A stretch of 46,872 nt of DNA, counting the filler, from Jimgerdemannia flammicorona (lineage: Eukaryota), in assembly GCA_003990765.1 (NCBI GenBank). It is 2 parts of 2 records of this genome, joined end to end, with 100 filler letters (N's around TTAATTAATTAA, not from the genome) between each part and the next. Parts side by side here need not be neighbours in the genome. Positions count along the whole stretch, not along the records: positions 1 to 23,395 come from RBNJ01001112.1; 1 more part is not named here. The stretch is one strand, 5' to 3'. The translations under genes were made by a program, and so were the position numbers. This document shows positions 1-10,200 of the stretch, piece by piece. The notes beneath the pieces were generated by a model that saw nothing but the letters and a program-made list of their open reading frames with translations, searched no databases and had not been told where the DNA came from. Numbering within the stretch: position 1 is the first letter of the stretch; each line of letters starts with the position of its first letter.

Positions 1-2780
1 TTGATGATACTGGCTTCTTCCATCTGCTTGATTTCTTCTCTGAGCCATTCTCGGTAGGCTGGCGGGACAGGTCTTGCTTTCTGATAAATTGGTTCAGTGT
101 CTCCAGTATCTACCTCATGATTGTAGTGTGGGGTCTTTCCCTTGATATCCTTGAAATCTGTGGCAAGGACATCCTCAAATTTGTGGAGTATTTTCTTGAG
201 TTCCTCCTTAAGTGGGAATTTGTCTCCAATGGTGTAACTGTGCTTGCTCGTGTTTTCCTCCTTCTTATGCTCGAGTTCAGTGATCTTGATGCTGGCGAAT
301 ACTCCTCTTCCTGTGGATCCGAATCCTTTCTTTCCTCTTTTCATTTCCTCCAGATTCTTGACTTCTATGATCCTTGGCTGTATGATTGGGAAGATCAACA
401 TCTGTGCCAATCAGTCCTTCTTCTTGACTGGGAATGGAATTGTAGGATTGTGGTTCCTAGCAATGAGTAGAATTTCTCCAGTATAGTCTGAATCAATGAC
501 TCCTCCTTCGATTGTAATTTCGCTTCTAGCCAGGCTACTTCTTGTCTTGAGAATCCCGACATGATCCTTTGGGATGGTCATCTCCAGTCCAGTTGCAAGT
601 AGGGTGGTTGTCTGGGGTTCGAGTACAGTTTCTTTTACTGTAGCGATGTCCATTCCGGCTGCATTTTCTGACTTGTATTCTGGCAAGACTGCATCAGGGT
701 GGATCTTTCAAATCTTGACTTTGATTTCTTCTTCATCATCACTGTCCTCCAGGAGGGCTGGTGGTTCATCATCTTCCTCCTTCTCTTCTTCTCTGATCTG
801 TTTTTCGAGAGCTTTCTGGCTTCTTTCCTGGTAGATCATCCTGGTTCCGATGGTGCACTGGTAGCAATCATTGACATGCTCCATACAGTACATCTTGATT
901 CCATGAGGACAGACTCCTTGTGGGGCATAGCCTTCTGCAATCTTCTTGCACCATTCTTCTTCACTCATCCATCCGACTTTCTTCTTCTTTGGGGTAGTCA
1001 CCATATAAGCTTCCTCTTGCTCGCTCTCTTCTTCCTCCATATCGGGCAGGACTCCTTTGTTGATGTTGATGGGAATTCGTATCTTCTGTCCCCAGTAGGT
1101 GATCTGCATCTTCTGAGCATTGAGGTTGATTACTGCCTTGGCTTTGTGAAGCCATTGATTGCTGATGAGGATGTTATAGTTGGTGGCATTGGTTATGATT
1201 ACATCTACTGAGATTGTTGCTCCTCCAATCTTGATGGGAACATCTCAGATCTTTCCCAGAGGTGTGGCTCTTGTGCCATCGGCTGTGACAAATACTAGCT
1301 TAGTTGCTTCTTCCACATCCCAACCTAGGCAGTCTGCTGTCTTCTTACTGAGGAGGCATCCTCCTGCTCCTGTATCAATGATGGCTTCAAAGATTCTATC
1401 TTCAATTTGGCAAGTTGCATAGGCAGAGGTTTTGTGATTGTCCTCACTTTCTTCTCCTGAGTTCTCTTGAACATTATTGGCCTCGGTTATCTTCCATCCT
1501 TGTTCCTTAGTTGTTTCAGCAAGTCCAAACCTCATTTGCTGTCTGAATGTTGGGATTTCTGCAAGCTGACCAAAGGTTGTATTGACCTTTTGTTGACTGA
1601 GATCCTTGAAGATATCATACTTGAAGGTCTTGGTCTTGCGAAGCTTCTTTTCTTTTTCTCCTTTGCTGGCTGGAGTGGTTCCTCGGATGATATCCTGAAC
1701 TGCTTGCTCCAGCTCGATATCTTGGTCCATCTCTTTGGCTTCGCTTTCTGTGGCAGTTTCCATCCGCTTTTCCACTAGGTTCTTCTTGGGTCTTCCTGGC
1801 GGTCTCTTGTAGGGTTCTTTGCGAACATCTTTTTTGGTGGTCTGAGCAGGATAGGCCTCCCATTCCTCTTCATCGGATTCTCCAATTTCTTCAAAGGTGA
1901 TTATATTGGCCTGCTCCTTGTTTCATGTGGCGTTGCTTGGTTGAGCCTTGTGTTTGGTTTCACTCATACATTCATAGGAGTAGTGGCCTTCTTCTCCGCA
2001 GCTGTAGCAGGTACCTTTCTTCTTGTCTGAGGTGGCAGCAAACTTCTGAATAGGGCGGCGATCTCTTCCTTGGATTTCCTTTACCACATCTCCCAGGTGG
2101 GCAGTCATTTCAGCAAACCTTTTGGCAAGTTCCTCCATAGGGTCGCTGTTCTTTTGCTGCTTAGTAGCTTTTGGCTGAGGTGTGTTTCGATTGATCATTG
2201 TGGTGGGGATCACACTGGTTGCCTTGGGTGCCTCGATTCTGACTCCTGTAACTCTCTCCATTGTATGGTCTTATGGGTGTCTGGCTATCCAGTATCGCTA
2301 AGCATAGGTGACCCTTTGTAGCAGATCCAGAATCACTGGTGATGAGCGGATGGCCATGACTATTTCTGGATGGACTCCTTTCATAAAGGTTGCTTCAGCT
2401 ACTTGATCTCGGGTAGCAGTGGCATAATCTGCAAGGATTATCTGATATCGAATTCTAGTATAGAATGTGTTTGGGTCTTTGCTCATTCCTTGGTATGTTA
2501 TGTTGAGCTGATCCTTCAGGGCTTGCTTAATCTTGTCTGTATAATATGTGTTTCGGAGCCAGGTCTTCTGTGCTGTCAGTACAGCATCGGCATCATTTCC
2601 TGCATGGGTTGTGGCTGTGAATGCTGCTCTGGCAGGGCCTCGTAGGCTATAGGGCATGAGGGCTACTTGCTGTGCTGCTGTCAGAGTCCTTATGGCAGCA
2701 TACTGCTCGAAATCATCAATGAAGGTGATGATTGATTCATCTGAGGTATATCTATGGAATACTAGTGGTCTCATATCCAT
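1..2780 (-). pseudogene. gag-pol polyprotein of family A (gag-CCHC-PR-Cys/His module-dUTPase-RT...), broken by nonsense mutations only
   Basis: Single reading frame with in-frame stops; homologous to the element B polyprotein (EELAKxFAEMTAHLGD, TFGQLAExPxFRQQ, HKTSAY). Confidence 0.88.
309..700 (-). pseudogene. dUTPase domain within family A pol
   Basis: Motifs AAGMDI, RSSLA, GGVIDSDYTGEI and, after an in-frame stop, RGKKGFGSTG. Confidence 0.9.
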
Positions 2781-2873
2781 CTTGTCTGGGTATTGGGGCT
2801 CGGTTTGTATGGTTGTTCGGGTGGTGGCGGTTGTTCATTGTTCAGCTTGAAAGTGAGGAATTCGTCTTGAATC

Positions 2874-2891
2874 ACCAGTCAATGGGCACCA
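2874..2891 (-). promoter_or_regulatory. Primer-binding site of family A (TGGTGCCCATTGACTGGT); cognate tRNA not assigned
   Basis: Starts 3 nt after the LTR terminal CA; near-identical to the PBS at 38750. Confidence 0.8.
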
Positions 2892-2894
2892 AGT

Positions 2895-3362
2895 TGTAAC
2901 GTAGCGGACGCTTACTCTTGAAAGTACGTTGGATTTCTGTATCTTGAAAACTTGACTGTTCTGACTCTCGCAGAGTCTCTTGAAGTGGCAGGGGAGGGTG
3001 GGTGAGTTCGAAGTGTATCTGCCCACAGGCTTACTAGTTCCTTTGCTATCTCTTTGCTTTGAACTATTTCGATCTGAGGTTTATTCACTTGAAGATACTG
3101 GGTTATTTATACAAGTTTGCTAGCTATGAGAGGGTAGCTAAGTAATAAATGAGTCATTTGGACTTTGTTGAAACATTTGGACAATGTCTAAATGCTATAC
3201 TAACTCAGGGTATTCGATTTGGATAATGTCCAAAATTTAGACAATGTCTAAGAATTTAGACAATGTCGAAATCGAGGACTGCTAACTATACTACTTTGGG
3301 AATGGGTGCAATCAAGTGTCTATTCCCTATTTCCTTCTTCCAAATCTGGCTGTACTATCACA
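2895..3362 (-). repeat. 5' LTR of family A (468 bp) with internal GACAATGTC-type repeats
   Basis: Minus-strand termini TGTGAT...GTTACA; TATA (TTGTATAAATA) followed by AATAAA; long blocks shared with 20135-20580. Confidence 0.85.
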
Positions 3363-3959
3363 TTATATATAATAAATAGTTAAAGAATATAATATATATA
3401 TATTATAAATATAATTTAGAAGATTAATAATATAAAGATAATATTTTAATACTATATAATTATTTATAATATTATAGTCTTAGATCTCTATTTATATCTT
3501 TATCCCTTATTCTGTAATTTATATAGCTGAATTTAGTTAAAAAAAATAAAAGTTTAAAATAAAAATTTAAAAATTTAAAATTTAATATTAAAATCAAAAA
3601 TAAAATTACTAAAAAAAATTTACTTTTATTATTTATTTTATTTTATTTTATTTTATTTTTACTATTTTATAATAAACATTAAGTCAAAAAAACATTTAAA
3701 AATTTTAAGTAGTCAAATTTGACTGATAGAATAAGAGATATATTTATTAAGTTATATTTTTCTAAAAGATTAGTTATATAAAAAAATTAAATAGTATAAT
3801 TCTTATTATTGAAGATAGAAATAGACTTTTTGTTTAGATTTATACTGACAATCAAATAATTATAACAGAGACTGTTTCTATTACTAAGCTACTTATAATT
3901 TATATATCTTTATTACTAAATTAATCTTTATTTGATATTTTAATATAATATATATTTTT
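3363..3959. other. Extremely AT-rich tract, probably an anciently mutated repeat
   Basis: Very few C/G and no ORF. Confidence 0.55.
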
Positions 3960-3975
3960 AAAGATATTTTACTAG

Positions 3976-5161
3976 TGCCCCTTTCTCTGCTACCTTACCA
4001 GTCACAAGGTTTGGTAGGCAACCTTCTGAGTCCCCTTTCCCCTATTATTACCCCCTCTACCTCAAGTTGGTTTGCTATGTCTGCATAGGCATGGTGGGAG
4101 GAGGGCAATAGTGATGAGTTGCTCCTTTATCAGTATTGGATTGGTGTCTTCTCTACTTTTTCGCAGTTTCTAGTGCCTTCAGCTGCATCTGAAGTATATC
4201 TGTTTTGATGCAGCACCTTCTTCCTTTTGCTGTTATCAACAAGGTGCAGCCTTAATATGTCACGGGTTATATAGGGAGTTGGCTGACCTTGGGCATCAAG
4301 TGCTCAGTATAGGTTATCTGCAGATCCTCGGTGCCTGTGGTGGGGCTTTCTGACTTTGGCAAGCTTTCTAGCGAGTGTGGTTCTGGCATAGGTGACTGTT
4401 TTCAGATGTTGTTGGAATAGGAGGGGAGATGGCCATCACAGATAGGAGAATGGGTGATAATGGTGAACCAGTGGGGTGCCAGGCTGGGGGCAGTCATTGG
4501 GGCTAGGGTGGACAATATTTCAGTGGGGCCTTTTGATTGGCTGGTGGAGGGTGGGGTGGTGCAGGGGCCAGCATCCTGGCTGTACCCAACTGGAACCGAG
4601 AGCTGATACAGTAATGTGATCGAGGCCTGCAGGCTTGGGGGTACCTGACTGGAACCAGGAGCTGACATGGCAATGTGATCAAGGCCCGCAGGCTCGGGGA
4701 GTGGGAGTGGGGTCTTTTCAGGCCCTAGCCCATGTGTAAGTCCTTTGAGGAAGATGCTGTATATAAGTTCTTTACTCACCCGCTTTGAATCCACTTTGCT
4801 CTCTGTTAGTTAGTTGGGGGGTTTTTTCTTTGCCTTGGGCTTTCTTTTGGAGTTTGGGAGGCTATTCTTTATTCAGTCCTGGCGCTGCTAGATCTGATGT
4901 GTAGGTGTGCTCTTGCATGTAAATAATGATCCAGCCCTAGTGAGCAGACAAGTCTAGTCTATGTCATTGAGATTGACATAACTGGTGTTTGACAGACATA
5001 GCTAGAGCAGTGGGATTGCTGGACAATTTAGTAGCCTAGATTAATAGGGGGATATTGTTCGGTGGGTGGTGGGGGAGGGTTTTGGCCTATATAGTCTAGG
5101 TTCCCTTCCAATAAAAATCTGTGGGACTATGAGTCCATTAAAAAAAAAAAAAAAAAAAAAA
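3976..5161 (+). mobile_element. Poly(A)-tailed non-LTR retroposon insertion with 16-bp TSD
   Basis: AAAGATATTTTACTAG at 3960-3975 and 5162-5177; AATAAA near 5110 and an A-run ~5139-5164; insertion at a TTTTT/AAAG site. Confidence 0.8.
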
Positions 5162-5439
5162 AAAGATATTTTACTAGCTTCCAAGTGGGGGCTCATAACC
5201 TATGTAGGGAATTTTCTAGGAATTTAAGTAAAAGAGAGCCAATTTTATTAAAGTTGCATAGGATGTATTTCTCACATTACTGAAGAATGATATAATTAAT
5301 CTTCCGATATAATTAATCTCAAAAGAGTGTGGCGTAAAGTCATGTGTTACACGTTGAGTTGCCACCCAACAAATTTTGTACGGGAAAACCTATTATTAGG
5401 TTTCCACCATAAGTGAGCGATTTCGTTCCAATATCACCA

Positions 5440-6100
5440 AACCTTGACAAACGTATCCGTGGGAAACTATCACCATTTCCGGCACTGTCCCGACGCCCCA
5501 AATCAAGCACACACGGTGTTGCGTTGATTACAATAGGAGGTGGGTAATTATTGTGGAATTCTGTATTTGACAAAGAGCGGCATTTTTATTGATATTGTAT
5601 GTTACGTGGACAAATTACATGACCACAAACGTGGACAAATTACATGGCCACAAAATTACTTGATAACGAGTTGCAAATCCCATCAAGACATATGTAAATA
5701 TGGGAAGAGAGTTTACTCATTATTTGGTGGAGGGTTGAGAAGGGAGTGAATTATACATTGAGCGAGTTATGAAATGTATGATTCTCAATATTTTGCACAC
5801 AATCTGACACATGGTTCATCTTCTCATTTCAATGCACAAAGGCCCCAACTTCACCATTTCCTCCAACATCATCTCTGAGACAATTATTCTGAATGCCAAG
5901 TGTCACCACTTCCGGCGACCAGTCACCCATGACTGTGACGGCGACAGCGACTGCCACCGTAATCCCGATGGCCTCGGCGTGGGCGTCACCACAGGCATCG
6001 CCGTGATCGTCGTCATGCTCCTGTTTCTTCGGTGGCGCAAGCGGAGGCTCGCCACCCCACCGGTGGAAAAGAAACGAGGACCGCGAAGTGGACAACGGAT
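5440..6100 (+). pseudogene. Possible decayed Kelch-repeat / single-pass membrane protein gene
   Basis: Pieces in different frames: WETITISGTVPTPQIKHT, LITIGG and SLFGG (Kelch-like), a T/A-rich stalk, and the TM segment GLGVGVTTGIAVIVVMLLFL followed by RWRKRR. Confidence 0.3.
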
Positions 6101-7267
6101 AAATTGGATATTGTATCTCGGATGGGGAATTTTCCAGTTTTGTTATTGCTATAAATATAATATCTATATTTGAGGCGAGTTTATTAAAAAGTACCTTATT
6201 GCCTATCTTGATTGGGACCTGAAAAATTTCATCTCATTTGTTTATCTATATATATTTCCCCGGCATATTTACAGATTCAACGGAAAAAATTTTAACCAAG
6301 CTACTAACTTGTTTTGACTTTACACAAAACGTGTTCCACACATCTTTTTTTTTTTTTTTTTTTTTTTTTCAACTCTGTATTTACCGCGGCCAAGGCGGGT
6401 TCTATTCATGGGCAATTCGACATACCAGGACACAACGGTTCGCGCGACAAGATTGGCAAGGCAGTGAACTTTACTAACACCGACGACAAGACGGTGCCTC
6501 GCATATCACACTTTACATGCGCACCACTGTGCTTCGCACATCATACTGACGATGCCATTCGACCTGACATCGCTGACCAAAACCTTCCGCTCTATCCTTG
6601 ATATTCTCCGCTCCACCCCCACCCTCTCACGCATTAGCGCACGAGCATGCATCAAATTTGCTGCTTATCATGTTGTATGTAGTATTTTTTTGGTCATGGC
6701 TGAGTTGATCCAAATTGACAAATTGGCGCCGTAACATTAAACGAAACTGAAACCTTCAAGTCCAAGTTTGGCAGCTGGACTAAATAAAACAAAACATTTC
6801 TCTACTCTATTAGGCATTTGTTTCTGTGAGCGCGCTCGTGACTGGGATTCCGGTGGAGCCCGCGATCCGTATGTCCCCAAATGCTGCTAAGAGGGAAAAT
6901 AAAGATTCCCAGCCCCATCAGAAGACATGCCGCAGCCGTACGGGGGGTTAAAGGTTTGTATTGAATAAAATCAGTCAACCATATTAGCCAAAGAAGCAGG
7001 GTAGCGATTCAAGAAGGAGGCTTCTAAATTCCTAAGACGTGGAGTTCGTCTCGCGACATATACTACTAAAAGGACTGCCTAGTGGACGGTTCAAAGTTGA
7101 CAAGTGACAGGCGGGGGTTGGGTCACAAGGTTAGCATATTTCCCGACATGGGTTCCGGTGGCGTTCCGAGCGGATCCTGAAAAGATTTTCGTGTCACACA
7201 TGTTTGAGACCCATCGTTCATTAAAATCCTTTTCTTCCCTTCATTTGAAGGAAGAAAGTCCCACTCG

Positions 7268-10200
7268 ATGCGTGCCATTACCTTCGTTACGGCCCTGAGC
7301 CTGACAGGCGCGTCCTTCGTCAGTGCGCAGGCGACAATTCCTCGCCCCATCGACAACCTCGGCAATAACCCCACCGATGTCTACGCCGGTACTCCGAATC
7401 AGACGCTCTTGCGCCTGAACGTCCCGACCCCCAACTTCGCCAACGCTTCGGGTGCCCTCTTCCCCGGCTCGCTCCCACCCGCGACCGTTGCTACCAATAC
7501 CACGACCTACCCCGCCTTCCAATGCCTCGTCGCCCCGCCGGCGCCTCCCGCTCAGCCGTACCCGCGTTGCGTGAGCGATCTTGTAAGCGGGTACACAAAC
7601 TCACCTTTGGGGCTGCAGGTAGAGGACGCTAGGGTGCGGTCGGTACGAAAAGTATCACATTTGGAGAGCTTCTGGGCCCAATTATTGTCGTATGACCTTT
7701 TGGACATCGAGATGGGTACCACCGAGCTCGTCAACATCGGGATCCCCACAGACGATGTGATACTCAATACGGGGTCGAGTGGCGTGTCAACTGCAGCAAT
7801 AACCAATTCGACAAGCAATAGCCTCGAGTTCTACAGAGCGTCGAACGTTGTCGATCCAGATACACAGCAGACGAATCATACGGGGATAAATTTGGCGACG
7901 GGATTCTTGGACGCTTCGCCTATTTATGGTTCGTCGTCTCTTATCTATCATATGACGGTGTTTTAACCTATACATGTTTTTTTAAGAGATTCTTATTCCC
8001 GCTTCCGTTTCCAATTGGTTACTCCTTGCTTCCCTACACAGGCTCCAACGATGCCGTCCTCCAGACCCTTCGTGATGTCCCAGGAACCCACGGCAAGATG
8101 AAGCTCTTAGCTCAGAACCTTACATCTTACGGTGAGCCAGGTCCTCTTCCGCCACTCGATTCGAACGGCCGCTTCCGCTTGGGCAGCAACCCGCCGCGCT
8201 CCGCCAACATCTTCTCAGTCACGCTGACCACTATCTTGCTGCGCGAGCACAACCGGCAGTGCGACCGTCTATACCATCTTCATAATACCACCTGGACGGA
8301 CGACCAGTACTTCCAAGAGGCACGCAAGTGGGTCATTGCGTTCGTTCAAAAAATCACAGCCACGGAGTACCTTGGCGTCCTCCTTGGGCGCCCGCTGCTG
8401 CCGTACACGGGTTATCGGCCCGACGTCAAGCCTGGTATTGACACCTTTTTCGCCATGGCATCGTTCCGGTACGGACACTCAGTGTTGTCGGACGAGTACC
8501 GCATGGTCGGCACGGACGCGCAGCTCACAGGGTCGTTCAACCTGAAGGGCATGTTGAACTCGTCATACCTGATTCGCAATAAGTACGACATCGCCACCAT
8601 CATGCGGTCGCTTAGTCTGCAAGTCCAGGAGGAGGCGGACGTATATTACGCTGACTCGGTGCGTAACTACGTCAACGTGTTCAATACCACCGTCGATATC
8701 GCCAGCTCAGACAATCTCCGCGCGCGCGATCAAGGTCTTCCACTCTACAACGACGCCCGCCAGGCGTTCGGACTCCCTCGTAAGATTTCGTTTGCCGACA
8801 TTACCAATGACATCAATGTTCAGAAGCGCCTGGCGCAAACGTACCAAAGCGTAGACCAAGTAGAATCGCTGGTGGGCGGCCTAGCAGAGGACCATGTGGC
8901 CGGGGCGAGCGTCGGCGAGCTCTTCAACGCCAGCCTCTGGAATCAATTCACGCGGCTCCGTGATTCCGACCGGTTCTGGTACGAGAACGACATGTTTACC
9001 GCGGAGGAGCTGGATGTTATCAGCCATACCTCCCTACGCGACATCATTATCCGCAACCTCGCTGACCCTGCTACGGGGAATCTCCAAACTGTTTCGGCCA
9101 CTCAAACCTACACTGCTAGTCTGAACGACACGTCCCAGCCGAACCCGCTCTCCTCTCTCCTCCCGGATAACCTCTGGTTCGTGCAACCAATTGTCTCACA
9201 ATCTCGTGAGACTCTCCGTAACGCGCCCTCCAACTCCTTGGTGGACTCGACTGCCTACCCGTACTATTGCCAATTCACTTCGCAGTATATGATCCAATGG
9301 AACACTGACCAGTCCGCAAACCGTATCAACATTGCCCTCACCCTCTATTCCTCTCAAGGATGGTTCGGCATCGGGCTTAACCCATCTGGTGCCCTATCAA
9401 TGGCGGGCGCGGATTTCATCATCGTTTCGGCGTCGTCGATTAACGACGTGAAGCTGGACTTGTATCGGTCGCAAGGGAACGCACAGGCGCCGGTGAAGGA
9501 CACGGACGCGTACGCATTGAGCAATGTGAACAAAACAATTGTGGGAGGGGCGGCCGTTCTCGTAAAGTTCACGCGAGCGTTAGATACGGGCGTGGCAGGA
9601 AAGGCAGTATTTAGCGATTCAGATATGAACGTGATCTGGGCCTATAACCCGTATGACCCGAATCCAACGTATCATGGCGGAAATCGTGGGGGAATGCAGG
9701 TCAATTTCTTGTCGGGAATGATTGCAGAGGTAAACGCCGAGTCGAAACGGACTACGCAACTGGTGCATGGCGTGTTAATGTTCACTGTGTGGGCGTTGTT
9801 GTTTCCAGTATCGATTTACATTATGAGGTTGGTAGGATGATAAAAAATAATTGTTGCCGCATATGTACTGAACGTATGCTTTTTTCGCAGAACATTTTAT
9901 CTCATACACATCGCACACACCCCGGCTTCAAAATAGGTTTGCTAAACACTGGGAAATGTATCTTACAATCCACCGCGGTCTCCAGCTCGTCGGCAGTGTT
10001 TCCGTTGCTGCCGTCGGCGCCGCCGTCATCTCGGCCGTCGACCCATCAGTCCGCACCGCACACTCGATCGTTGGTCTGATCCTGTATTGCCTCGTTTTTG
10101 TTCAAATCGGCATGGGCCTGATTTCAAACTACGGCATGGAGCGGGTCGAATCCGTAAACACCGGCCTTCTCCTCGTCATCAAGAAGACGCACAAATACTT

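Larger units (their letters stand above)
1..3362 (-). mobile_element. Ty3/Gypsy LTR retrotransposon 'family A', 5' part (5' LTR, PBS, gag, protease, dUTPase, start of RT); runs off the window edge
   Basis: Minus-strand ORF pieces starting at 2780, 2261, 1775, 1109 and 686 are all in one frame. They show a CCHC knuckle (CYSCGEEGHYSYEC), protease IIDTGAG and dUTPase motifs. TG...CA LTR followed by a TGG PBS. Collinear homology with 38867-41700. Confidence 0.92.

Noticed and set aside
117..2850. Plus-strand ORFs over family A and antisense ORFs over elements B, C and the redox gene
   Set aside because: Shadow frames of real coding sequence, with no motifs.
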